Part shown: positions 12,931-26,695 of the stretch, in pieces
How the letters are laid out: every line of letters starts with the position of its first letter
Numbering within the stretch: position 1 is the stretch's first letter
NCBI GenBank assembly: GCA_051362555.1
Contig: CM120640.1
Coordinates: 45,796,788-45,860,787 of the forward strand
Direction of reading: 5' to 3'
DNA from: Lingula anatina
Lineage: Eukaryota > Animalia > Brachiopoda
DNA: 64,000 nt
The notes under the pieces: model-generated
The model's database searches: none
What the model was told of the DNA's origin: nothing
What the model saw: only the letters and a program-made list of their open reading frames with translations
Program-made: the position numbers and the translations under genes

Positions 12931-14769
12931 GTGCGCTTCCACGGCCGCGCGTGGGTAAGGTCTTGATAGTACAAATTTATCAGTTTGTCAGTAGGGACCT
13001 AGCCTTAACTTGAATCAATTTTCAATCTTTTTATATGTTTTTTTGCTTATTCCCTAATTGCTTTAATTAAACTTAGAATAGCTTAAGGGTGTCCGAACGA
13101 CCGGCTTGGGATGTTTCTACGATCTTCGGTTGAAATACTTGAATCCCTATAGATCGGTCTTCAGCCAATTGTTACCAATCGTTTGCTGGCACTGAACATC
13201 TCTTCCCGCCATTATTGCGCTGGAAGGCAGACGACAGTCGATCGGAATCGCATGTCTGCTCACAACTGTGAAGTTTCCGAGGGATTACATAGGAATTTGC
13301 TCAATCGTGCGAGATTTGATGTCTTTCGGGTCTACTGCTAAAGGCATGTGACAACGTGGCTCAAATTCTATCTCAGCGCGGTGATCGCTGTGATCGTCGA
13401 TTCTTTTCGCGTGCGTGTCCTCGGCTGTGTAGCGTTGAAGGCTTCATCGCAAACAAACTGGTTTGCCTGACATTGGAGGGCTCGGGGGCATAGGCCGGTG
13501 TTTTTTACCACAGATGAATACTCATTAGGCGTTACGCAGGTGTGATAGCTCGGAGAACGCCTTTATTTCGTCAGGCAAGCATAGAAAATTGAGCAAAAAA
13601 TCTCGAGAAAAAAACTGCTTTTTTCTCCGGTTAAAATCTATGTGCTGGGGGCGTTTTTACCTAGCGGTGTTAGGTAATTACGTCAGGGTGAAAGACAGGG
13701 CGACAGGGTTGGGCACGAAAGTCAACTAGTGGGATTAATAGACCAAGTTGGCAGACGAATTGAACTTTGCATTTCACCCCGAGGGTAATGTCCCACGGTT
13801 ATGACATTAATTGTGACGGCATTGTCTCATTTTTTCAAATCTATCGAGCCCACCTCTTCCTCCCTGCGTCAAAGGTATCTTGAACTATGTCGAGTGGCTC
13901 CCAGCAAAAGGCTGCACTAGATTGGTCTGCATGTAAGGTTTCAGCATCAAGGGAGTAACCGCAATCTCTCGAAGTCTCAGTGGCAAACGACAATGGGGAG
14001 AAAGCTAATTTGGACATTCTGCTTGATAGTAATCGGAAAGATGTAATGAAAGATAATGTCTTTTTTTCAAAAACATTAGTAATATATTAATTTACCATTG
14101 TCAACAACAAAATAAAGGTGAATTGGAGTCTTAATGAATGTTTGCGTCATTTACAATTCTTCATTGTTACGGTTTTGCGTGCACAGCGACCAAAAGCACG
14201 GTGCACTTGTAATTAAATGATACATCAAATTGCCGAAAAGCCACATTATTCCTTCAATTGGTGATTCTGGGCAGATCTTATTTCTTTTTCTTTCTACGAT
14301 TGGACGGCGATCATGAAATTTTCAGGTCGCTCGATTGCATGCAACAATGAATAAGACGCCTAGTAATGAATGTGAGCGTTGTACATGAATTTATTACTTG
14401 AACGCAACCTCGTCGTTTGCTAAGCTTATTGCAAAATGTAACTCTGTGAATGCTAGGAAAGTCAAAACACTCGACACCTACTCATAGTGAGACAAATATT
14501 ACGGTCCTCAAAAAAGGGTGCTCGGTTAATAGACACTTGCAGAAACTTCATCAACATATTTCAACTGGAATTAGTAAAAGCTGCCCAATTTTGATCTTTT
14601 ATTCGTACATTTGCATTCGTGTGCAACCGAAAACGACTGTCGAGGCACCTTGACAAACTTGAGAATCTGCATGAAAAAACATGACACAGTGTCACTGAAG
14701 TATTTCTTAAATTTTATAACGAGTGTTTTTAATGAAAAAATCAATTGACATTTCAAATTAAAGAAAATA

Positions 14770-14810
14770 TTTTAAAGACACTAAGCGATTTTTAAAGACA
14801 CTAAGAATTT
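14770..14810. repeat. Short tandem duplication TTTTAAAGACACTAAG x2
   Basis: ttttaaagacactaagcgatttttaaagacactaag. Confidence 0.75.
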
Positions 14811-14873
14811 TTGTTTTCGAGAAAGTATGGTTTTCTACTACTTCCCCTGTAGAAAAAGCTGTGCGGATACTAA

Positions 14874-14900
14874 TTTTTTTTTTTTTTTTTTTTTTTTTTT
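14874..14900. repeat. poly(T)27 run
   Basis: Direct read. Confidence 0.9.
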
Positions 14901-15969
14901 GCAAATGTATGAAAGTAAAGATATAAAAAGAATAACTGGGAAAGATGAGTGGACTGATGATGTGTACAACATCCAACCTGTGACGGGAACTTAAAAAATA
15001 GATTAGAGAGATAAACACGATCTTCTGGGATGATCGTCAACTGGTTCTTTTTAAACAGCATCGACAGCACCGGTGACAAAGGCGGAGATGGTCGTTTTGC
15101 TTTACTCTGTTAAAAAATACTTTTGCTGCACGTTTTGAACACCATAGTACGTATTCTTAGCGGCAGATGACTGGATGGTAGAGATAATATCTGAGTAATA
15201 TACCTGATGGTGGTCGCCCACCCGCCACATCTGTGGAACATCCAATCCTGGTAATGAGACCATTAAGACGCAGCTGCTGTATAAACCCGTGCTATTTCTT
15301 TCTTTGATTTTCTTACTTGTTTTTTCTCTCACTTCTCCCTCGTTTTCTTTGTGTTACGCTCACTGCTTTCCGTGCGTTAACGTATTCTGAGAAGAAAACC
15401 CGTCATGTAATTACAGTATATGTCTTCTGATTAGGCTTGTGCTCAATGTTTCACTTGCGTTATGCACCGAATTTCTTTTTTTTTATTTGCTGACATTGTC
15501 GTTGGTTCCATTTCTCCGTTTTCTTTCTCTTAATCGTTTTCGTTCTCTTATCATCTTACGATGAAGATGTAAGAGAGTTCAAACTTTTTTGGCAAAACGT
15601 TTAAAAAATATCGTCAACCCCGCTGAAGCATAACGCGAGGCAGGCTGAGCCTCATGAATAAATCTAGTCACGTAGCTCAAATTAACCAGCTCTCTTGACC
15701 TACAAAATGAAAAAAACGAACGCTTCCATATATTGTTTATTCAATAAGCTCAATGATTTTATCGATTATGGATGAAATTCATTAACCTTTCGACTTTTTC
15801 CATGCCTTTGTTGTCGCCACTAGGCAACATTTGCAATTATTATCTAATTAACAGCCCTTGGATATGAAAGCTGATTTGTTTCTGATAAACGTACGTGTTC
15901 ATTATAATGGTTTGCCTGAAATTGTCCAATTTGTCAAATTGGACTGTCTCTCTATGATTAAAAACTGAT

Positions 15970-16015
15970 AGGTCAAATATCCACTCGAACCGTGCCCCTT
16001 GACCCTGCTTGACCG
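15970..16015 (-). promoter_or_regulatory. Nuclear-receptor half-site array (DR1-DR1-DR4 chain)
   Basis: AGGTCA at 15970-75, then CGAACC-g-TGCCCC-t-TGACCC-tgct-TGACCG at 15986-16015. On the reverse strand this includes GGGTCA-a-GGGGCA, a DR1. Confidence 0.5.
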
Positions 16016-18889
16016 CTGAGTAGCAAGTGGGCAGTGCATAAGATGACCGACTGGTGCTTATGGTTCGTCTAGACGAGTTACGTCATGAAGACATCTTACC
16101 CTCAACACAGTAGAATTCCACCAGCGGGAGCTCACTCCGACGATTTTAAAACGCAAGTAAAGTGCCATTTTGAATGTATAAGATAATATTTAAAAGAAAA
16201 AATGAAAAGTTGATTAAAAATTTAATTAAAAAAGAAATGGGTGTACGTTTCCCTTCGATAAATAACGTTTTTGTCTGTCACCCTTTAGTTTGCAATCTGT
16301 TTACATTTGCAAATTAAAACTCGTAACTTGTTTATGTACCAAGCAATAAACAAGCAGCGCAAAATCCATCCGCACGCCTTGGTTACATAACAGCGATCGT
16401 TCATCGGAATAATTACCGGCCTTACGTAATGGCGGTTGTTATGTCTAGACCCGGATCGTTGCGGTTGCCATCTGGTGCACTATGGGAAATGCTTATCTAG
16501 GCCGATCAAATAGGGTTTATAGCACCTTAGACAACACGGCCCGTCACCTCCGAGCAATTACCATTACACCGCGGCTGTTAAGCCATTAGTGATATGACTT
16601 AAGCTTTAGTCCAGTGTTGCGCGGACACTTGAAGATGAATAGACCCAGTTATGACAGAAACACCGTTTTTATTATTCAAGCATACAAATGTTGCGCTACG
16701 CAGTCATCCGTGTAACGAGGAGACCACCGGCGGGTTATCGTAAAGGGGTGTCGATACAATTAACCTATTGGACCTATTAATTAGTATTAATTCTTAAGTA
16801 AACTCGGCTTTGTGATATTGAGTTTTGCTATCTTCGCGCAACCACGCTATACAAATAAAGGTGTAATATACTCCCGTCAAAATAATACGTGAGTTTAATG
16901 TGTATGAAGCTGCCCCGCTCGGTATGTCACTTCCCTTGCTCTTTTGTCAATCAGAGTGCATTTAGTGTGGTGGCCGCCGCGTGTCAACAGTCAACTCCGC
17001 TTGGTGTCACCGCGGACTAATATCAAGCCACAACAAGTGACACAGCTGGGGCGCCCGCCGAGTGGTTACTACTACTACCAGCGGAGAACTCTTTCACTTG
17101 CCCCTCAGGTCTTCGGGGTCACTCTGGATTTATCTTTAGCAAACATCTGAGGTCAAACTACTTGAGTTTATCCAACAAACTTAGTGGGATTTGAATACAC
17201 GATAAAGAAGTCGACGGCGTGGACTGGCACTCAGTCACGAACCTGAGAGAACCAGGTAACGTAGTACTTCACTGTAGCGTACGGTTTACTTCCTCCATAA
17301 TTTTGAATCAAGCCTGACACTGATATAAATTTCCCCACTAAGTGAGTAGCTGTATGGAGTAAAGCAGCATGTTAAGTTGTAGATTTATCGACCAGAAGGG
17401 CGAAAGTCGTGACACGGAAACCAAGAGCATGTAATAGTCGTATATATATATATAAATGAAGACCTGTGTAAATACCCGTGGTCAGCCGGTGCGAGAAATC
17501 TTGACCTAGGGTCAATTGTTTGATTCTTTTAAGGAGCTTTGTTAAGCATACTTCTTTTTGAGAGTATGATGGAGGAAGACGGAATTTCATTCGGCCTCTC
17601 ATGCCAGCGGTAGTAAGCCGTAGTAAACCCATCTAGTGAAGTCTTACGCTATCACAGGGACTTAGACCGACAAATGACACCAGTAATTGCTCTACTACGT
17701 CGAGAGATGAATTTAGAAGATTTCATTCAATGCTATTCGATTTTTTCCTACGTGCTTGGCATACTGCGGATTCCCCGTAGGCCCATGCGCACATACACGC
17801 CCCAATAGAAATGATAATTTTCTGTCGAGCCAACATCGTGCCTAGGAAAACAGTTAGCGATTCTGGCCAAGACGCCATGTTTTAGGAGTACTAAGGAAGT
17901 TACGATGAGGTCTTATCTCAAAATTATGTCAACTCTGCCATTCCGTCAGGAGTGACTTTTGTAAGCGGGGTTAAACAACATTAACGCATTGATTTCTTTC
18001 CTTTGTGTTAGGGTGCAAACCCATAATAGAGCGGGGTAGCCCGATTTCACTAGTTTTTGTTGTCCTTTGCCGAAGTAATATGACCCGATATTATATGAGC
18101 TTGCCCTTCCATTGATTCAATTTCCCGAGGGGCAAAGGATTACCGTCGACTAAGCTCTCGTGTAAGCTGCCCTATGTCTTTTGAGGTACCAAGGCAGACG
18201 TACTATCTTTGCACTTTTTGTGTTGCCATGTAATGATTTTTTTAATGTCCACTGTAAGTTTTTTTTTCGTCTCAAAGATAAGGAGGCGTATCAAGTCATT
18301 GCTACACGTCAATTCGGAATGTCATATTTTTTTAATTTACTCGGGGGCGAGTTAATATTATTATGAATCTTATAGTCCCCCTTTCCTATTTCCCTTCTGC
18401 CTTTTAAGCTAAAACATAATAAAAAATAAATACCCCTTACATTTGCTTTTAAATCACTATTTCTTTCGGCCGCCCACTTTTCGATCGGTCTTTTTGTGGT
18501 AAAACCGCTCTCTATATTGGGTGCAAAATATGAAGATTTGCTTTATTATTCACCTTAGTGTTAACTTTTAAGAATCACGCCGTCCTGTGGACCCCTTTCG
18601 GGCCCATCCATCCATACAGTATCAGTGCAGAAGGTAGAGTTGGTGTTATTATTGGATTGTGTTAAGGCGTTAGAAAGCATTGTCAAATGAACGCAGAGCG
18701 CGATAGGAAAATTTCCTAAACAAAATATTTATATGCAATTGCGGGCCTGGTTTTAAATCAACCGTAATTTTATTTTGCTTAGCTATTTTCTACTCCACTG
18801 GTGCAAAGCCTATTTTCATTGGTTTGAGTCTGAGGCGAAATAATTGTAAAGGGAGTACGCGTATTTGTTGGAGCCGCCGGCTTCGCAGT

Positions 18890-19017
18890 AGCCAATCAGT
18901 TGTCAAGATAAGTTTCCAACGCACGTCTTAGGCTCCTCCCCCAGAGATGAGGGCGCGACCCCAAGACATCTGGTTACACGATTCATCTTGTTGATGACTG
19001 GAACTTTGCCCTATAAA
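18890..19017 (+). promoter_or_regulatory. Candidate distal/alternative promoter (CCAAT box, DR1-like site, TATA)
   Basis: AGCCAATCAG 18890-18899 (NF-Y consensus); GGAACT-t-TGCCCT 19000-19012; TATAAA 19012-19017; CpG-rich. Confidence 0.35.
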
Positions 19018-20249
19018 CGATAAAGAAACCTTTTCTTCTGAATTTTTCAACATGCTCCTCGGCGTGTGTTGGACTACCTAGTTACTATCGGATATCAGGC
19101 CTTCTGAAATACTCGGCTGACGACTGTATTTTACAATAAAATTCACATTATTTGAAAATATACAGCCTCAAAATTGCACCTCGGATATCTGCTGAGAGGT
19201 TACTTGTAGTTACGCAGCGAGGAGCAGAGGTGAAGGCCCGTCTAGGTTGTTTAAGTGCCCCAGTCGCTTTCATAACCAACAAGGTCAAAGAGTCTATAAA
19301 CAGACAAGACCCTCTAAATTCTCATCTGTCACGCGGAGAATGGATTCCCCGCCGTGACCATGAATGAACGCAATCAACTCAACAGCCCTCCAAACTGTTA
19401 ATTTAACAAAGACTGGCTTTATTTTTTAAGATCAGATTAGGCCATGGTCGCATACCTCGACCGACAAAAATTACGTTCCGAGTCGCTGGATTTAGAGTAT
19501 TTCCCTGACAAATACACGGGATTAACCCCTAATGACAGTCTATTTACGGTCCACCGGCTTACAGGGGGCCGCAAGTAAATTTAACTTCGAGCAGTAAAGC
19601 ACCTTAAGCAAATACAGACAGTCTAAACGGTCATTACATAATTCCCTGTAATGGGCAATAAACACTGTGTAATAGGGTATCGAGTGATGCGCGATATGGG
19701 TTAATAGATCAACAAAAGGCTGGCCGAGTTCCCACCGTCTCAGACAGTCACTCATCGTCGAAACAAACCACAATAAGTCCCCAGAGCAAGTTCAACTACC
19801 GCAGAAAAAAAGGCAACCGAAATATTTCAGGTATTATTATTATTATTAAAACAAATATTTTTTTTCGAATTAATTCTCAACACATTTGAGTTTGATTTAC
19901 ACTCGCTTCCTTTAAAAATTTCCTCAATATCCGGAGTTAATCGACTTAATCTGTTCCCTACTTTTGGTGGCCGTACCAGTGCTATCGTAAACTGTGGCGG
20001 TGGTAAATAAAGAAACGTTTTTTTTTTACTCCATTTTTATAAGGAAGGACGCGTGTGGTTTTAAAAGTGGCAGATTTACACTTTATTTAAAGAGCCACTC
20101 ATATTCCCCATAACTTTCAGTGGTCGGCTGAAATATCTCATTCTCTCTCGACATTTTTTCTCTAGTGGTATTCACCCGTCAGGTTATACATAAAGTGCGT
20201 TATCGCAATTTAGAAATTCCGCTTGTGAATTAAAAGTGTAATGATTACA

Positions 20250-20660
20250 TTTAGGTCAAAGAGCTGACCGCCAGGGTCAGTCTGAAACCATCCACACACG
20301 CGCTCATAATTTATTATTCGTGTGTGTAGCTTCCACTTAGCACCCCTACATTTCCAAGTGACATTTAGAGCCATGCTAGTGATTGGCCCGCGTGAACCAC
20401 ATGACCCGCCTGGATGGTGTGTGTAAATACTGCGCGGAGGAATATCGGCATGAAATTATTGACAAACCTCTACGGGTTAACAAACGATGCAGTCTAGCCA
20501 ATAGGAATGTATGCTAGCGCGCTTCTCAGTCGCTCATTACTGGCTCTCGTCCACGACTAGTCCGCCTAGAATTGTCGCTCCGTAATGGGCTCTCTGAACC
20601 TAACTGACACGTTGTGCCTTATAAGGTAGATGTTGTCATAGCGACTCGACAGTTTTAACA
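20250..20660 (+). promoter_or_regulatory. Probable proximal promoter of COUP-TF
   Basis: CpG-rich; AGGTCA/TGACCG/GGGTCA half-sites 20253-20279; ATTGG 20382-86; CCAAT 20498-502; TATAAG 20620-25 with CAGTT ~30 nt downstream; ~400 nt upstream of the ATG. Confidence 0.5.
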
Positions 20661-21023
20661 CCGATGTCAGAGTTCAAACTATAGCGAGTGCTATCTGTCA
20701 GTACCTCCACGCTCCTAAATAGCAGGAATCACTCCGCTGCACGAAGTGGGGCCCGTGGCATTAGTGGTTCTGTGTTCTGGACCGTTTTCTTGTGAACGCT
20801 TATAGTTCATGTGTAGAGTCAGGTGCTTACATAGTGGGCACCGCACAGTAAGTAGTAGACTGCTGTGCGAGCGATATAGACATATTAAGGTTCTTTTCTC
20901 CCCGGCTAAGGCACGAGGCATGAGTCGGGCAGATAAGAGCAGATGACACGGTTTCCTTTCTGAAATTGTGGTTGTTTGAACTTTGCAGAGAGCGGTCGTG
21001 ATCAGTGTGCATTGTGCGGTTGA

Positions 21024-22642
<1,619 letters not shown>

Positions 22643-25600
22643 TAAAATGCATTTATTTTCATTATTATTTTGAATTTAGTATTATTGTTTTAAAGATATA
22701 TTTTTTATTTTTAGAAAAATTATCATCAGATTATTTCCCTTCAGTGTGAATGGTAAGAAAATGAATGTGAGAGCTAAGATTTTTTAAATTATGACTGTGT
22801 CCAAATATTTTCACCCTCAAAATCCCATTCACTTACCCGGATGATTAGGACAAATTGAGCTGTGACTTCTACCGCAAAGAAAATAGGATTAGTCTCCGTA
22901 TTAATTTTCGTGGCCTGTGGTCAGAAAAAAATTACGAGACACCGAAAATTATCAAAGAATTATACCCATGTTTACCCGATTTATCAGACACAATTTTTCC
23001 ACTTGATATTTTAAGAAAAGACTTCCCCAAAAGCCGCTAGCTAGTGGGCCATTGTTCGAGGTCATTCTCAAATAAACCCCCGACTCCAGTTTATACTACT
23101 GTGACTTCTGAGCTCCAAGAAAGGAATATCCTGAACATGTTATACGATCCACTGCCTTTGAATGAATTTTTTCAAGCCGAAGAAAATACAAACTTGATTG
23201 ATATGACAATTTGGTAGAAATATTATCTTAACTCTTCGATAGCTTGAAGGCTCCTCGGCTTCAATTCAGCTCAAGTTTGCTTGTGACATATACTTTTTAA
23301 AACAAATATTCCGTTTCCCGTCGCTACTCTAGCGTTTCTGCTTGAACGACCATATCACCTGTTTTGTAGGAAACTAAAATTGTTTGCCTTTAAATAATTA
23401 ATTATTGACTAATTTCGGAGCCATTTATGTGATCATTAATCTTACCCCTAAACGAAATAAGAAACCATTATTTACACAATAGAACGTGGAGTTTTTTAAT
23501 CACCTTGATGTCGGTCGTATAGTTCGAGGACAAGGCGGGATTATCTACGGCAAATAAAAACATAGTTTGGAGTGACTTCAATGAAAACTACAATACTACG
23601 GTGATTGATGAATGTGTAACGTTACATGAAGTAAAAATTGGAGTAGGAATTCGAGATTTTCTGACAGATTAATGACTTGAATGTCATGCTATTAATCGTC
23701 GTCAATGAATAAAAAATATGGAATAAAATAAGCGTGAAAGATTATCAATGTGTCAAAAATATTTTTCCGTGATATATCAACATCAAAATTTACCATAAAA
23801 ATATTATTTACAGTTTTGATCACCCGAATTATTAAATGCACATACTATTACTTAATGAAAATCCGAACCGAGATTTACATTCAGGCCAGCCAAATATATC
23901 ACAGGGAGTGTTTTAAAAATCACCACGATACTATTTTGACATTGATATGTAAAGCAGTATTTTTGGGATTTTTCCTTTTTCTTTTTTTTATTCATTTTAC
24001 CACTAAAAGTCCGGCGTGGGAACAATCAGCCTCCACGTCGTGTGCACTGATCCAATTCTTTCCAAAAAGGCAGTCAGCGAGGCCTCTGAATAGTCTCCCT
24101 TGTGTGTTGGAACCAGGCGTTTTTTTTTCAAGGGGAGATGATAATGATACGGCCTCCCCAACCGCTGTTTAATATCATCTGTGCGCAAACTGAGTTGTAC
24201 CTTGCATATGTGGGACGCATATAATTTGTGAAGCAATATTGAGCAATATATGACGATGAAAATTGTGGTGGTATCTATTCAGTTCTTGCCTTGGGTAACG
24301 ACAGAGAATCCTTCTTATGTTATTCTCAAGTATAAACATCGGTGTGATTGTCGGCTGTTACTGTTTCTATTTGCTATACTACACCAAAGTGTGTCAGGGT
24401 TACGGCTGCTTAGCTGAAAAAAGAAGCCCTAACACGTTTGTTGTGTTATTCCGGCAAAAACTGTAATCACCTCACGCATGATTCAGGGCAGTTTTTACAA
24501 CTCTCAGTGAAAAACGTAGAGCAGTTTGCTGTGAATGAATTTCTTTCGTGCCATTTGATCGCAGATTATTCCTTTTCTCCCTAACGTTAGCTTTTAGCAT
24601 GGCACTACAAATTGACTTTTAAGACCACACGAAACGCATTGAATCAAGTGAAATCGTATAGTTCTATGCACTCTGGCTACGGAAAATAGGACATATTCTG
24701 GATGAATTGGAATTTTACTCTTCAACGAAAGGCACATGACAATATCAAAGACTCCTCTCCATCCATTTACCAATTATTAAATACTTGATTCTGATACTGC
24801 TAATCAGAGGATTTACGAGACTCCAGCATGCGTAATACCGGCAAGTTTACATGCAATCTTAAACAAGCATTGTTGTTGAAAGGATATTCACACGAAAAAT
24901 ATAGCTTAATAATTTTTGATTGCATTAAGTCATCTTTTTCTACCTTTCAGCCACTGTAACAGGAGCAGTGACCTTTTAGAATTTTTGCACTCATTATCTC
25001 ACTTGAAGAAAAGTCTTTCCGTGCATGTGCCACGGTCGTTTTTCCCTGCTTATCGAGTATATATTAAAGACAACCGAGTCGCCGTATCGTTAAGATCTGT
25101 ACTATAATGTCATGGCGTACTTTTAATCTTTGAGTTCATCTTAAGAGTACCGACTGAGACGGGAGTTATTTCATTTTTTATTAAATAAAATATTGCACCG
25201 AATGTTCGGCAATAAATTTGTCACTGTTTCTTAGTGTGGCGTCAATTATCTCTGCCCCAGATATTCTTGCAAATATCTTGGCAGCATCCGCATGATATCC
25301 TGAGCTTGCTATATGTAGCTCGGTGTATGCACCCGAAAACCCTAAGGTAAAACCTGCAGTATAAAAATAATAGAACGTACTTCTCTTCTTTGGCGTAGAA
25401 TCGTTTCTAGCTTTCGCAGTATGGTCAGAAAAAGTCATGTAATCTTATTGGAGACCCACTGAGTAAAGATTTGCTGTACACGAGTTTATTTTCTACCAGA
25501 AGCAATACAGCGTGAAAAAAATACGTTTTTTAGGGAAGTAGAATTTCAGCGGAGTCATTCCGTGCAGCTATAGCCTCTACGTGCCAGAGCTCCGTTCCCG

Positions 25601-26447
25601 ACCTAATAAACCCTTTTAAGTGCCATTTTAGTGGTTTATTTCCCAAATCCCCGTTCGGTAATACTGTGGTAAAATGTGTGAATGCTCTATTTATTTTAAT
25701 TGGCAGGGTATCAATCGAAAAAAATATTCAATCATTTACAACGTTTTCCCTTTTAATCTCCGAGACACAAATAATAAAAGACAGCTCACTAATCCCCTGA
25801 AGGTAAAGGCACACACCCAGAGGGCGATTTGCCGAGTTCTCTTTCTTTTAGTGTCACGCGAAATGGCAATATGTAGCCCTAAACTGAAGAGACAGAAAAT
25901 CATACCTTTTATTTAACGATACAATTTCTAAAAAACGTGCTATCCACCAACGTTCCCGATGTAGAGGGGATATTGTTCACTTGTCCTGAACATGACAGCG
26001 TTTGTCGTTGACACATTGCTTATTAACCGTGGCTCGAATTCACAAAATCACTAGGGCCTCCGGCTGGAGCGGAGGTTAACCCGGCCCTTCCTTGACTGGC
26101 AGACCGGCTCTGGCAACAAGAAGTGGGTTTGGTTCACTCCTTCACTGTCTACTTAAGTTCATTTAACTTATGTACTAATTTGACTACTTTTGTCACATAA
26201 TTGCAGGGGATTTTATAATTTGAAGCAAATATTAATTCAATATTTTTAGTGACTATACGCACACACAAAAACACTAATTTTTTGTTCAAAAGCTGGGAAC
26301 TATTCTCTGTGTGAGGAAATATTTTCTGTTATATATTTTCTCTTTAACATATAAGGAATGAGTATAAGTGTTGTCTTATTACAAATCTTTGTAATTCCCG
26401 CCCGTACGTCTCGTAGAAAGAGTAGTACAACAGGGGGCACGCTGCGC

Positions 26448-26473
26448 TGACCCTTCAACCTGACCTCTGCCTG
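26448..26473 (-). promoter_or_regulatory. Intronic nuclear-receptor half-site cluster (DR1 + DR0)
   Basis: TGACCC-t-TCAACC-TGACCT-c-TGCCTG. Confidence 0.4.
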
Positions 26474-26668
26474 ACGACTTGAGACACAATATCATGAATG
26501 AATTGATTAAAGAGCGACCTGCAACGGACAATACTTGAATAAGAAAGAGTCCTCAACGTGATATCAAAGTCTTGCTGAGAAAAAAAGGGGGAAAAAAACA
26601 AGATAACTTAAGTCTCTTAAGCTCAATCAGTATTTTTTACGTTTATAAATAGGGGGAGCTTTGGAATG

Positions 26669-26695
26669 AGAAAGAGAGAGAGAAAGAGAGAGAAA
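26669..26695. repeat. (GA)n / GAGAAA microsatellite
   Basis: gagaaagagagagagaaagagagagaaa. Confidence 0.75.

Noticed and set aside
11330-16657. Recurring TTATGACA motif
   Set aside because: The number of copies seen is close to what base composition predicts
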